In this document: positions 25,451-35,434 of the stretch, piece by piece
Layout of the letters: every line of letters starts with the position of its first letter
How positions within the stretch are numbered: the stretch's first letter is position 1
Notes under the pieces: model-generated
Databases searched by the model: none
The model's input: only the letters and a program-made list of their open reading frames with translations
Told to the model about the DNA's origin: nothing
Position numbers and translations under genes: made by a program
NCBI GenBank assembly: GCA_016188865.1
Contig: JACPGX010000005.1
Location: 114,081-178,080, forward strand
Length of the DNA: 64,000 nucleotides
Origin: Candidatus Nealsonbacteria bacterium
GTDB taxonomy: Bacteria; Patescibacteriota; Minisyncoccia; Minisyncoccales; MHMH01
Direction: 5' to 3'

Positions 25451-25479
25451 ATTGTAGCAGATTTTAAGTAGTCTGTCAA
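25451..25479 (-). promoter_or_regulatory. Promoter for rnpB (TTGACA-17-TACAAT on the minus strand)
   Basis: It sits about 7 nt upstream of the predicted P1 5' end. Confidence 0.55.
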
Positions 25480-25520
25480 ATTTTTTTGTATTAGAATACG
25501 GATATTAGGAAGTCGGACTT

Positions 25521-25555
25521 CGCGAAATCGAAAAACCCGTTCGTTGGAACGGGTT
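25521..25555 (-). terminator. Rho-independent terminator downstream of pyrB (AACCCGTTC-GTTG-GAACGGGTT)
   Basis: A perfect 9-bp stem. On the minus strand it is followed by TTTTTCGATTT. Confidence 0.65.
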
Positions 25556-25561
25556 TTGCTT

Positions 25562-26503
25562 TTATTTCAAAATCATTTTTAAGAGGGCCATTCTGACGTA
25601 AAGGCCGTTTTCCGCTTGGCGGAAGTAAACAGCTCGAGGGTCTTTATCGACTTCTGGAGCAATTTCTTCCAAATGCGGCAGGGGGTGCATAACGATGGCG
25701 TCTTTTTTCATCAGGTTGAGAATCTCCTGATTGACCTCCCAGGAATATTCAAGATCGGGACTGGGCTTATAATGCAAAAGAATATCTCCGCCTCTTTCCC
25801 TTTGGATCCTGGTACTATAGATAATATCAACTTTTGAAGCAACTTCCTTTAAATTATAAAGTTCTTCAAAATCGACGTTATGTTTCTTCAAATAATCTTT
25901 GATATTCTGCGGTATTCTGCCCATTTCCGGAGAAACAAAAGATATTTTCACATTAGGAAATTTAGCGTAGAGATACGCTAACGAGTGGACCGTTCTGCCT
26001 CTAGCAAGGTCGCCGGCCACAGCCATCCAAGTGCCGGAAATTCTCCCCATTTTTTCTTGAATAGTGTAAAGATCAGGCAATGTTTGAGTCGGGTGTTGGC
26101 CGGTACCGTCTCCTGCGTTGATAACCGGCACCGGGCTAAGCTCAGCGGCTTTTTCTGCCATTCCCTCCTCACTAGTCCGAAGAACTACAACATCGGGATG
26201 GTATCCGCAAATCACCCTTATAGTATCTTCAATTTTTTCGCCTTTAGCTGCAGATGAGAATTCTTTGGCATTTTCTGTAGAGACTACTCCGCCTCCCAAT
26301 TTTTGCATTGCCATTTCAAAAGATAATCTTGTCCTTGTGCTTGGTTCATAAAAAAGAGTGACCATTATTTTACCAGTCAGCATTGTCTTCTTTTTCTTTG
26401 CTTTGACTATTTTTTCCATTTCTTTTGCTAATGGGAAAAGTTCGCCTTCTAACAATTCTTTGCTGAACTGCTGCGATTTAAGAATGTGATGCAGTTTTGT
26501 CAT
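25562..26503 (-). CDS. pyrB: Aspartate carbamoyltransferase catalytic subunit
   Basis: STRTR carbamoyl-phosphate motif, HPTQ and HPLP motifs. Confidence 0.9.
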   Translation of the reverse strand: MTKLHHILKSQQFSKELLEGELFPLAKEMEKIVKAKKKKTMLTGKIMVTLFYEPSTRTRLSFEMAMQKLGGGVVSTENAKEFSSAAKGEKIEDTIRVICGYHPDVVVLRTSEEGMAEKAAELSPVPVINAGDGTGQHPTQTLPDLYTIQEKMGRISGTWMAVAGDLARGRTVHSLAYLYAKFPNVKISFVSPEMGRIPQNIKDYLKKHNVDFEELYNLKEVASKVDIIYSTRIQRERGGDILLHYKPSPDLEYSWEVNQEILNLMKKDAIVMHPLPHLEEIAPEVDKDPRAVYFRQAENGLYVRMALLKMILK

Positions 26504-26520
26504 TTTCTACCTCCTCTCGA

Positions 26521-27702
26521 TTAAGTTACAATCTTATCCAAAAGGTCGTGTTTGATGGCTCTGCGGATTTCGAAAGCGATTCTTCGACCAGTGGACATTC
26601 TTTCGCCCCACAAGGAGTTTAAATACGGATGTCCGGAAAAGGTGGTTATATTGTCGCCGCCCGGAATTCTGAAAGCCACGTCATAACAAGTTGGCTTCAT
26701 GTCATCTTCAATGATGCATTGAAGGCCGAAAGGCCCAATCATGCCCGGCGGATAAAGCTCTTTCATGGTTTTGACGAATTTTTCGCCCATTTCATAAAGA
26801 TATCTTAAAAGCGATTCTCGCACCGTCATTGCAGCATGCCCCACAACGATATAGGTTTCCGGGGTTTTTTCCAACAGGGCTAATTGTTGATGAGCCGGCA
26901 ATCTTACCATGCCGTCCAGATTGGATTCAAATCGCCATTCGGTTGACATTAATTCGAGAGGCTCGCCTTCCCAAATTTCTCTAGAGATAGGCGAATAAAA
27001 GAAATTAACATTGCAGACAGGCCCTATGGCGAATCTTTCGATTCTTATTTCTTCCCGCCAATTATTTTTGGAAATGATATTTTTGGCTATTCTTTTATCT
27101 AGCTCCTCATGGAATTTTTCCGTGGTGGGAGCCATAAAAAATCCTCTTTCCAGCCTGTGGACTGCGTGAGGTATTTTAACCATGGCCGGGCCTAATCTAT
27201 CAATATCTTCGGGAGAATTGTATTTTTCAGGGGCTCGAATTCCTGCTTTCATCAAGACATCATAATAATTGAATGATTCTTTTTCCCTGTCTTCCAAATG
27301 CAATGCTTGTCTTGAGCCGAAAATCGGCACTCGGAATTTTTCTTGGATTTCTTTTTCTCCGCAGTAAACCCAGAAAGAACGGTTGGGAATCCAGACGACC
27401 GACTCATCGCATAGGAAGGTCTGGCATGTTAAAATATCTTTAAAATTATCTAGGACAATTGGCCGGTCTACGACGCCACGGATTCTTTTTCCGCCGTCAA
27501 AAATAGATCGAAAATATCTGGAATAGGGATACTCTCTGCCTTTTTCGCAAAATACTATCGTATGAAACCTTTCGCTGATTGCCCCTTCGCAAACATCTAA
27601 AGCCGAATGGCTGCCAAGACATCCGATGGCAATTTTTTTCTTATTATAGTTTTTCAGCGTTTCCTGTATTTCTTTTTGAGTGATCATTTTCCTCCTTTTC
27701 AA
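26521..27702 (-). CDS. PurP-like 5-formaminoimidazole-4-carboxamide ribonucleotide (FAICAR) synthetase (archaeal-type ATP-grasp)
   Basis: It aligns along its length with archaeal PurP (IAIGCLGSHSALD...; YSPISREIW...ESNLDGMVRLPA...PGMIGPFGLQ...). I have not verified this by search. Confidence 0.55.
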   Translation of the reverse strand: MKRRKMITQKEIQETLKNYNKKKIAIGCLGSHSALDVCEGAISERFHTIVFCEKGREYPYSRYFRSIFDGGKRIRGVVDRPIVLDNFKDILTCQTFLCDESVVWIPNRSFWVYCGEKEIQEKFRVPIFGSRQALHLEDREKESFNYYDVLMKAGIRAPEKYNSPEDIDRLGPAMVKIPHAVHRLERGFFMAPTTEKFHEELDKRIAKNIISKNNWREEIRIERFAIGPVCNVNFFYSPISREIWEGEPLELMSTEWRFESNLDGMVRLPAHQQLALLEKTPETYIVVGHAAMTVRESLLRYLYEMGEKFVKTMKELYPPGMIGPFGLQCIIEDDMKPTCYDVAFRIPGGDNITTFSGHPYLNSLWGERMSTGRRIAFEIRRAIKHDLLDKIVT

Positions 27703-27762
27703 TTTGTCAAAGTCCTGGTGTCATAGTAAGATGATATTGGTTTTTTGACAAGGAGGTGTAAA

Positions 27763-28986
27763 ATGCCGGTTACAGTAGTTCTAGGAGCACAATGGGGAGA
27801 CGAGGGCAAAGGAAAGATAACCGATTTTTTAGCCAAAAAAGCCGATGTTTGCGTTAGATTCAGCGGCGGCGATAATGCCGGACACACGGTAATAAACAAG
27901 CGGGGCGAGTTTAAGCTTCATTTGATACCTTGCGGAATCTTCAATCCGGAAACCTTGTGTATTATCGGAAACGGAGTAGCGGTCAATCCTAATGTTTTGA
28001 TTGGGGAAATGGCTGCCTTGGAGCAGAGAGGCGTTAGCTGTAAAAATTTGAGAATAAGCAGTAAGGCTCATTTAATTATGCCATGGCATTTGGCCCTTGA
28101 CGGCCTGCAGGAAGAAGAAAGAGGCGAAGGAAAAATCGGCACAACCAAGCGCGGCATAGGCCCGGTATTTTCAGATAAAATAGGCAGATTCGGATTGAGG
28201 GTAGAAGATCTTTTTGCGGAAAACATGGAGCAAAAATTAAGAAAACTTCGAGAGCGGTCAGCCACTTTGCTTTTGATGGTTTATGGCTACAAGAGCTATG
28301 ATTTAATGTACGATGTTATTTTGAAAAACCTGCTAGACTTTAAAAATCGCATTTCTCCGTTTGTCACCGAAACCGAACCGGTTCTTTGGGAAGCTTGCGA
28401 TCAAAAGAAAAGAATTTTAATGGAAGGGGCTCAGGGGATTATGCTTGATCCTGATTTTGGAACTTACCCCGAAACCACTTCTTCGCCATGCACCTTAGCT
28501 AGCGCTTTGCAGGGTTCCGGAATTTCCTGGATGGAGATTAAGGAAGTAATCGGCGTGGTTAAGGCTTATACGACAAGGGTTTGCGAAAAAAATATCCCCT
28601 TTAAAACTGAAATGCCAAGCGCAATAGCCGATCCCTTCAGGGAGCACACCAAAGAGTATGGCGCAACTACCAACAGGCCGAGAAGAATCGGCTGGCTGGA
28701 TGCTTCCTATTTAAGATACGCTGCGAGAATAAATGGTTTTACCGGTTTGGCGGTTACTCGGATGGACAGCTTGGGCACATTTCACTTTTCTGGAGGAAAA
28801 GTGAAAATTTGGGACGGCAATAAATATCTTGAGATGCCGGGCAAGTGGGGCAGAGATATTAAACACCTCAATGCCATACTGTTTTTGCAAGCTGTTGAAA
28901 AACTGGCAGGGGTTAGGGTCAAATACATTTCTTACGGGCCGGAAAGAGAACAGGTGGCGATTGTAAAAAACAGATTTTTATTTTAA
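27763..28986 (+). CDS. purA: Adenylosuccinate synthetase
   Basis: GAQWGDEGKGK and GGDNAGHT motifs. SD AGGAGG lies upstream of ATG 27763. The ORF-track start at 27745 is upstream of the SD. Confidence 0.9.
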   Translation: MPVTVVLGAQWGDEGKGKITDFLAKKADVCVRFSGGDNAGHTVINKRGEFKLHLIPCGIFNPETLCIIGNGVAVNPNVLIGEMAALEQRGVSCKNLRISSKAHLIMPWHLALDGLQEEERGEGKIGTTKRGIGPVFSDKIGRFGLRVEDLFAENMEQKLRKLRERSATLLLMVYGYKSYDLMYDVILKNLLDFKNRISPFVTETEPVLWEACDQKKRILMEGAQGIMLDPDFGTYPETTSSPCTLASALQGSGISWMEIKEVIGVVKAYTTRVCEKNIPFKTEMPSAIADPFREHTKEYGATTNRPRRIGWLDASYLRYAARINGFTGLAVTRMDSLGTFHFSGGKVKIWDGNKYLEMPGKWGRDIKHLNAILFLQAVEKLAGVRVKYISYGPEREQVAIVKNRFLF

Positions 28987-29021
28987 AATAAAAGCGCCCG
29001 CCAATGGCGAGGTAAATCCTC

Positions 29022-30650
29022 ATGAGGGCGCTTTTCAATTCTCAAGCAAAAACAATCGGCGGAGCAACCGCCGTATTGATAGTTTTCTCTGTAATCAGCG
29101 GCTTCTTCGGTTTGCTGTCGGATCGGCTTTTGGCTGCCCGGTTTGGAGCTGGCATCGAAGCCAGTATTTATTTCGCAGCCTTTAAAATACCCGACGTAGT
29201 TTATAATATTTTGATTTTAGGAGGCATTTTGGTTGCATTTTTGCCGATTTTTGCCGAGTACTTTGCCAAAAGTCAGGAAGGGGCTTGGCAAATGGCAAAC
29301 CATGTTTTAAGCGTCTTTTTCTTTTTATTGGCGATTTCAGCTATAATCCTCTTTATCTTAAGCCCGTGGCTGGTAAAATTAATGGCGCCCGGTTTTACTG
29401 AAAGCGCCCAATCAATGCTCTTAATTTTAGTCAGAATTTTATTAGTGCAGCCGATTATTTTAGGGATATCCAATATTTTTTCCGGAGTTTTGCATTATTT
29501 TTCAAGATTCTTGGCTTATTCTTTAGCTCCCATTTTATATAATTTTGGAATTATTTTTGGCATTTTATTTTTAACTCCTCGCTTCGGAATTTACGGAGTC
29601 GGCATCGGCGTTATTTTGGGAGCTTTTTTGCATTTGTTAATTCAAATTATAGCGGCTGTAAACTGCGGTTTCAAATTTCATTTTTCGTTTGATTTAGAAT
29701 ATCTGGCAATCAAAAGAATCTTTATTCTAATGATTCCCCGGATTTTTGGCATAGCGGCAAATCAGATTAATCTGATTGTTATAACAGCCATTGCTTCAAC
29801 CATAGCTTCCAGCTCCATAGCTGTTTTTAATTTTGCTAACAATCTTCAAGGAATGCTTACCGGCGTTTTGGGAATATCTTTAGCTACAGCCGCTTTCCCT
29901 GCTTTTTCCAAGCTTTGGGTAAACGGTCAAAAAAAAGAGTTTAGCGATAAGCTGTCTATAATTTTGCGCCAGATTTTTTTCCTGGTGATACCCGCCAGTA
30001 TTTTATTATTTCTTTTAAGGGCTCAACTGGTCAGAATTGTTTTGGGCACGGGAAATTTTGGCTGGCAGGAAACAAGATTGACTGCAGCTTCTCTTGGATT
30101 GTTTGCTTTCAGCATTTTTGCTTCAACCCTAGTTCCTCTTTTGACCAGAACATTCTTTTCATTTCAGGATACTAAAACTCCCACTATAGTAAGTTTAATT
30201 TCCGTGTCAGTGAATATCGGCTTCAGCTTTCTTTTTATTTCACTATTTAAGTCGTCTATTTTATTCGCTGATTTTTTTCAAAAAACCTTAAAACTTCAGG
30301 GAATTTCTGATATAGCTGTTGTTGCTCTTCCTTTGGCTTTTTCCATTTCCGCCATATTGCAATTCGTTTTATTATCGATATTTTTGTACAAAAAAATCGG
30401 TGGTTTTAAAATTAAGAAAGTTATATATTCTTTAAAAAATATCTTAATCGCCAGTACTTTAATGGCAGTTGCCGTTTATTTCGTGTTGCGTTTTTCAGCC
30501 AATTTTGTAAATATGTCTACTTTTGGCGGAGTTTTTCTCCAGGCAGTCCTCGCCGTTTTATCCGGCGCCTTCGTTTATATTTTTACAGCCTATTATCTTA
30601 GCTTCCCCGAACTTAAAACTATTTTATCATTGCGGTCTTTACGGAAATAA
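29022..30650 (+). CDS. murJ: Lipid II flippase MurJ (MviN)
   Basis: Fourteen TM segments. The N-terminal region is conserved (SRLLGLLRDRLLAARFGAG-like). Confidence 0.85.
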   Translation: MRALFNSQAKTIGGATAVLIVFSVISGFFGLLSDRLLAARFGAGIEASIYFAAFKIPDVVYNILILGGILVAFLPIFAEYFAKSQEGAWQMANHVLSVFFFLLAISAIILFILSPWLVKLMAPGFTESAQSMLLILVRILLVQPIILGISNIFSGVLHYFSRFLAYSLAPILYNFGIIFGILFLTPRFGIYGVGIGVILGAFLHLLIQIIAAVNCGFKFHFSFDLEYLAIKRIFILMIPRIFGIAANQINLIVITAIASTIASSSIAVFNFANNLQGMLTGVLGISLATAAFPAFSKLWVNGQKKEFSDKLSIILRQIFFLVIPASILLFLLRAQLVRIVLGTGNFGWQETRLTAASLGLFAFSIFASTLVPLLTRTFFSFQDTKTPTIVSLISVSVNIGFSFLFISLFKSSILFADFFQKTLKLQGISDIAVVALPLAFSISAILQFVLLSIFLYKKIGGFKIKKVIYSLKNILIASTLMAVAVYFVLRFSANFVNMSTFGGVFLQAVLAVLSGAFVYIFTAYYLSFPELKTILSLRSLRK

Positions 30651-30706
30651 ATTATTTTGCTATATCTTGTTAACTGCTCTTTGAATAATTGAGGAGGGAC
30701 CGTTGA

Positions 30707-31315
30707 ATGAATGGGTTGCGGCGGCCGCTGGTTGAGGGAGAAAATTACATTTTTACTGTAAACAAAAAGAAAATTTGCATTAATTACTGCAAAATAAAAG
30801 ACTTAACCGGTCTTTTAGTGCCCATATTTGATTTTCATTCTTTTGATTTGCATGGCGTAGCGTATAAGCCGGAAAAGAGCGACGAGGTAGCTTGGGTGGC
30901 CCTAAATTTTAAAAGTCTTGCCGGGTCAAAGGCAAATCATATTATTCAAAAAAGAGTTGTGGCTGTTTTAGCTCATGAAATAAGGCATTTATTCCAAACT
31001 AAATCAAAAAATCGGTTTGCCGGATTTTTAAAAAGATGGCAGGCAACAATGTACCGTTATTATTTGCCCGCCATTGCCATATCTATAGTTATTTTGTTTC
31101 TGGTTGCTATTTTCCGCTTGCCGGATCCTTGGTTGTTAATGGCGAACCTAATCCCATTTTTTCTTTTTATTTTATGGGTGATATTATCGGTGGCAAATGC
31201 GCTATTTTATTATTTCTTTAGTGAAGACGAAAAAGATGCCAGGAAATTTGAAAAAGAGGCCTTAAAAGACTCAAGGTGGCTTAATGCAGTTAAGATTGAA
31301 GATATCCCAAACTAA
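30707..31315 (+). CDS. Hypothetical membrane-anchored protein with an HExxH motif (HEIRH), possible zinc metallopeptidase
   Basis: SD GAGGAGG is present. HEIRH is followed by two C-terminal TM helices. Confidence 0.4.
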   Translation: MNGLRRPLVEGENYIFTVNKKKICINYCKIKDLTGLLVPIFDFHSFDLHGVAYKPEKSDEVAWVALNFKSLAGSKANHIIQKRVVAVLAHEIRHLFQTKSKNRFAGFLKRWQATMYRYYLPAIAISIVILFLVAIFRLPDPWLLMANLIPFFLFILWVILSVANALFYYFFSEDEKDARKFEKEALKDSRWLNAVKIEDIPN

Positions 31316-31379
31316 AAATAAAGAACGCTCCAAAAGAGCGCTTTTCTTTTTGATTCAATTTTGATATAGTAAAAATAAT

Positions 31380-31937
31380 ATGGAATATAAAGAAATTATT
31401 GATAAAGTTAAGCCGGAGATGGATAGGGTCGCGGCGTTTTTGGATGGAGAATTGGCAAAGATCAGGACCGGCAGGGCCAATCCTTCTTTGGTTGAAGACG
31501 TGGTCTGCGATTGTTTTGGGCAGAAGTTTCCCTTAAAGCAGTTAGCTGCTATTTCCATACCCGAACCCAAACAAATTTTGATTCAGCCGTGGGATAAGTC
31601 TTACGTTGAAGGGATTGTTTCTGCTTTGCAAAAAACTGGCACTGGAGCCAATCCGATAGTTGACAGGGATGCCATTAGAATAAATTTGCCTCCCATGACT
31701 GAAGAATACAGAAAGGATTTGTCCCGCCTTATTTCCGAAAAACAAGAGCAGTCTCGCCAGTCAATTAGGCGTTGGCGAGAGCAGGCTTGGGAAGAAATTC
31801 AGGAGCAGACCAAAGCTAGTAAGATCAGGGAAGACGATAAATTTAAGGCGAAAGAAGAGTTGCAGGGAATAGTTGACGAGTACAATAAAAAAATCGATGA
31901 TTTGGGAGAAAAAAAGAAAAAAGAAATTTCAGAATAA
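31380..31937 (+). CDS. frr: Ribosome recycling factor
   Basis: MEYKEIIDKVKPEMDRVAAFLDGELAKIRTGRANPSLVEDV... is typical of RRF. Confidence 0.9.
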   Translation: MEYKEIIDKVKPEMDRVAAFLDGELAKIRTGRANPSLVEDVVCDCFGQKFPLKQLAAISIPEPKQILIQPWDKSYVEGIVSALQKTGTGANPIVDRDAIRINLPPMTEEYRKDLSRLISEKQEQSRQSIRRWREQAWEEIQEQTKASKIREDDKFKAKEELQGIVDEYNKKIDDLGEKKKKEISE

Positions 31938-32038
31938 CATTACGCTCGTAGCAGGGTTTCTAAAGTACCGGTTGTTCTCGGCTCCAGCGAGCCGAGTCAA
32001 CCTGCATTCTCGCCTCGCCATCCCGCTTCGCGGGAACC

Positions 32039-33160
32039 ATGCTGGCGAGGTTGCGAAAGCTACTTTATGAAACCCAGCTACTTCGCTTATTTATGATTCT
32101 TACTATTTTAATCGCTTTTATCAGTCTTATCGGCTTAATGGTTATTCATGAATTGGGCCATTTTGTTTTAGCTAAAAAATTTGGCACTGAAGTCGAAGAA
32201 TTCGGCGTAGGATATCCTCCGAGAATTTTTGGGAAAAAAATAGGTGAAACGATTTATTCCCTGAATCTCATTCCCTTCGGAGCTTTTGTCAAAGTGAAAG
32301 GCGAAATGGGCGGGATAGAGGATTATCACAGTTTTTCGAGCAAGCCGATGTGGCAGAGATTTTCCATTGTTTTGGGCGGGGTAGTTTCTTTTTGGGTAGT
32401 TTCATTCATTATTTTAAGCGTAGTGGCTGGAGTTTGGGGGCTTCCGACAGAAGTTAAAGATACCGATAAGTCAGTGGCCAGCCCGAAAGTTTATATAGCC
32501 GCCATATCGTCCGATTCGCCGGCTAAAGAAGCTGATTTAAGGCTGGGAGACATTGTACTGGGTTTTAGCAAAATTAAAGAAGTCCAGGAATTCATTGATT
32601 TAAATAGAGGCAAAGAACTTATTTTTACAGTTAAAAGAGGCAGTGAGGTTGTGGAAAAAAAAATGATTCCAAGAGTGCTGCCGCCCGAAGGCCAAGGCCC
32701 CTTGGGAGTGGGATTGGCTAGAAGCGGATTGAAAATATATCCCTGGTATCAAGCTCCTTTGCAAGGGGCAGTTGCCACGGGCAGTCTGACGGCGAATATT
32801 TTTTCTGGCTGGCAACTGGGATTAAAAAGCCTTTTGGGCATAACTGAACTTCCCGAAGGGTTAAAGATGGAATTAATGGGCCCCTTGGGCATATTTGATT
32901 TGCTAAGGCAGCATTTTGAAATGGGAGTAAATTATTTCCTTTTTTTGATTGCTGTAATTTCTATAGCTTTGGCCCTGGCAAATATCTTGCCCATACCAGC
33001 CCTGGACGGCGGGAAATTGGTATTTTTAAGCATTGAAGCGATAAGGGGAAAACCAATTAACCATAAATTAGAGCAAAGAATTTCTTCAACTTTTTTCGCT
33101 CTGCTGATTATTTTAATGATTTTCGTTACTATTAAATTCGATATTCCAAGAGTATTTTAA
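32039..33160 (+). CDS. rseP: RseP-type site-2 zinc metalloprotease (M50, PDZ-containing)
   Basis: HELGHF motif, a PDZ segment and LDGG in the C-terminal TM region. An alternative start at 32093 is possible. Confidence 0.85.
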   Translation: MLARLRKLLYETQLLRLFMILTILIAFISLIGLMVIHELGHFVLAKKFGTEVEEFGVGYPPRIFGKKIGETIYSLNLIPFGAFVKVKGEMGGIEDYHSFSSKPMWQRFSIVLGGVVSFWVVSFIILSVVAGVWGLPTEVKDTDKSVASPKVYIAAISSDSPAKEADLRLGDIVLGFSKIKEVQEFIDLNRGKELIFTVKRGSEVVEKKMIPRVLPPEGQGPLGVGLARSGLKIYPWYQAPLQGAVATGSLTANIFSGWQLGLKSLLGITELPEGLKMELMGPLGIFDLLRQHFEMGVNYFLFLIAVISIALALANILPIPALDGGKLVFLSIEAIRGKPINHKLEQRISSTFFALLIILMIFVTIKFDIPRVF

Positions 33161-33164
33161 AATT

Positions 33165-34427
33165 ATGAAACAATCGGAATTATTTACTAAAGTTTTAAGG
33201 GAAACGCCTAGGGAAGCGACCTTTGTCAGCCATCAATTACTATTGAGGGGAGGTTTTATTTATCGCTTTGCTTCCGGCATGTATGCTCTTTTGCCCCTGG
33301 GTTTTCTAGTTTTCAAAAAAATTGAAAATATTATCAGGGAAGAATTCAATAAAGCCGGAATTCAGGAATTATTGATGTCTCTTTTGCATCCGGCTGAACT
33401 CTGGAAAAAAACTGGAAGATTTGAAACTGCTGGCAAGGAATTATGGAAAATAAAAAGCCGAACTGGCGAAGAGATGGTTTTGGCAATGACTCACGAAGAA
33501 ACCATAGCTGCCATAGCCGCAGATACCGTAAGGTCGGAGTCGGAACTGCCTTTCATTGTTAATCAGTTTCAAACTAAGGTTAGAGACGAGGAAAGGCCAA
33601 GAGGAGGATTATTGCGCCTTAGAGAATTTATTATGCAAGACGCTTATTCTTTTGATAAAGATGAAGAGGGATTGAGTAGAAGTTTTCAGAAAATGATCGG
33701 AATTTATCAAAAAATATTCAAAAACATAGGCTTGCCGGCAATTCCAGTCAAAGCTTCGGCCGGCCTTATGGGCGGCGAAGACTCTTATGAATTTATGGTA
33801 TTGGCGGATAGCGGAGAAGACGAAGTCGTGATTTGCCGGAAATGCGGATTTGCGGCTAACACAGAGATCGCAAAGGACAAAAAAGAATGCCCTCAATGCG
33901 GAGGAGAGATGGTGATTAAGAATTCAATTGAGGTTGCTCACGCTTTTAAATTAGGCACCAAATACAGCAAGGCAATGAATATTTTTTGGAATGACAAAAA
34001 AGGTGAAAAACATTTGGTTCAAATGGGCTGTTACGGCATAGGATTGGAGAGGGCAATGGCTACCATTATTGAGATTTCTCATGACGATCATGGAATAATT
34101 TGGCCGCTCAAAGTCGGTCCTTTTAGGGTTCATTTGCTGGCCTTAGGAAGCAGCAAGAAAGCAGTGTGGAAAAAAATAAAGAAAATTAGCGAGAAATTAT
34201 ACCAAGATTTGAAAAAATCCGGAACAGATGTATTATATGACGATAGGGAAGGCAGGTCTGCGGGCGAGAAATTCGCCGAAGCCGACCTTATCGGAATTCC
34301 GATTAGAGTTGTGGTCAGCGAAAGAACTTTGGAGAAAAACTCTGTGGAAATAAAAAAACGCAAAGAAGATAAAGTAAAATTATGTTTAATAAAATTCTTT
34401 CCTTCTTATCTCAAGACATTGCTATAG
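33165..34427 (+). CDS. proS: Proline--tRNA ligase (short form lacking the INS editing domain; contains a C4 zinc ribbon)
   Basis: Class II motifs (FRDE..RPRGGLLRLREF; GCYGIGLERA). A CRKCG...CPQCGG zinc-ribbon insertion. Confidence 0.85.
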   Translation: MKQSELFTKVLRETPREATFVSHQLLLRGGFIYRFASGMYALLPLGFLVFKKIENIIREEFNKAGIQELLMSLLHPAELWKKTGRFETAGKELWKIKSRTGEEMVLAMTHEETIAAIAADTVRSESELPFIVNQFQTKVRDEERPRGGLLRLREFIMQDAYSFDKDEEGLSRSFQKMIGIYQKIFKNIGLPAIPVKASAGLMGGEDSYEFMVLADSGEDEVVICRKCGFAANTEIAKDKKECPQCGGEMVIKNSIEVAHAFKLGTKYSKAMNIFWNDKKGEKHLVQMGCYGIGLERAMATIIEISHDDHGIIWPLKVGPFRVHLLALGSSKKAVWKKIKKISEKLYQDLKKSGTDVLYDDREGRSAGEKFAEADLIGIPIRVVVSERTLEKNSVEIKKRKEDKVKLCLIKFFPSYLKTLL

Positions 34428-35434
34428 ACTTGGGCACTGCCACTACCTTGGTTTACGCCCGAGGCCGGGGAATTATTATTTTTGAGCCGTCAGTAGTGGC
34501 GGTAAACCAGAAAACTGGCCAGATTTTAGCTATTGGCCAGGAAGCCAAAAAGATGGTGGGCCGCACGCCAGCTCATATTGTTGCTACCCGTCCTTTGGTT
34601 AAAGGAGTAATTTCTGATTTTGAGGTGACAGAGCAAATGCTGAGATATTTTGTAGAGAAAGTCCAAAAAAGAAAGATGCTGCTCGCTTCGCGGCCGAGAG
34701 TTATTATCGGCGTGCCTTGCGAGGTCACTGAAGTTGAGAAGAAATCTGTCAGAGATGCTGCCTTATCAGCCGGCGCAAGGGAGGTTTATTTAATCGAACA
34801 GCCAATGGCAGCAGCCATAGGCGCCAGACTTCCGGTACAAGAAGCCGGAGGAAATTTAATAGTGGACATTGGCGGAGGCACTGCCCAAGTCGTAGTTATT
34901 TCTTTGGGAGGAATAGTTTTGGCTAAAAGCTTGCGGATTGCCGGAGATAAATTAAATGAAGACATAATTCATTTTGCTCAAGAAGAATATAAGCTTCTTA
35001 TTGGCGAGCGGACTGCTGAAGAAATAAAAATTGGCATAGGTTCGGCCTCTCCCATGAAAGAACGCAAACATATGGCAATGAGGGGGAGAAATTTAGTGAC
35101 CGGTCTTCCCGAAGAAATTTTAGTTTCAGATGAAGACATTAGAAGGGCCCTAGAAAAATCAGTGGGCCAAATTGTAAATACAATTAAAAGCGCAGTCGAA
35201 GAAACTCCGCCCGAGCTTCTTGCCGACGTGATGCGCCGAGGCATTTATCTTACTGGTGGTGGCAGTCTTTTGCACGGCTTAGACTCGCTTGTTGCCAAAG
35301 AAACAAAAATTCATACTCAAATCATAGAAGATCCAGTGACAGCCGTAGCTAGGGGAGCCGGCTTAGTTTTAGAAAATTTAGATGAGTTGAGAGAAGTCCT
35401 TTCGAAAACAGAGGACCTAGAACCACCCAGATGA
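34382..35434 (+). CDS. mreB: Rod shape-determining protein MreB
   Basis: DLGTATTLVY, an actin-like ATPase phosphate-1 motif, and LTGGGSLL. Confidence 0.9.
   Translation: MFNKILSFLSQDIAIDLGTATTLVYARGRGIIIFEPSVVAVNQKTGQILAIGQEAKKMVGRTPAHIVATRPLVKGVISDFEVTEQMLRYFVEKVQKRKMLLASRPRVIIGVPCEVTEVEKKSVRDAALSAGAREVYLIEQPMAAAIGARLPVQEAGGNLIVDIGGGTAQVVVISLGGIVLAKSLRIAGDKLNEDIIHFAQEEYKLLIGERTAEEIKIGIGSASPMKERKHMAMRGRNLVTGLPEEILVSDEDIRRALEKSVGQIVNTIKSAVEETPPELLADVMRRGIYLTGGGSLLHGLDSLVAKETKIHTQIIEDPVTAVARGAGLVLENLDELREVLSKTEDLEPPR

Noticed and set aside
25081-25560. ORF 25164..25373 (+) and other short ORFs in the 25.1-25.5 kb non-coding stretch
   Set aside because: The region is fully accounted for by RNase P RNA on the minus strand (P4 and GGGUGAAA motifs, P1 helix).
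28987-29030. Hairpin AAAGCGCCC...GGGCGCTTT overlapping the murJ start codon
   Set aside because: Long 26-nt loop with the 3' arm inside the coding sequence. It could be a purA terminator or attenuator, but support is weak.
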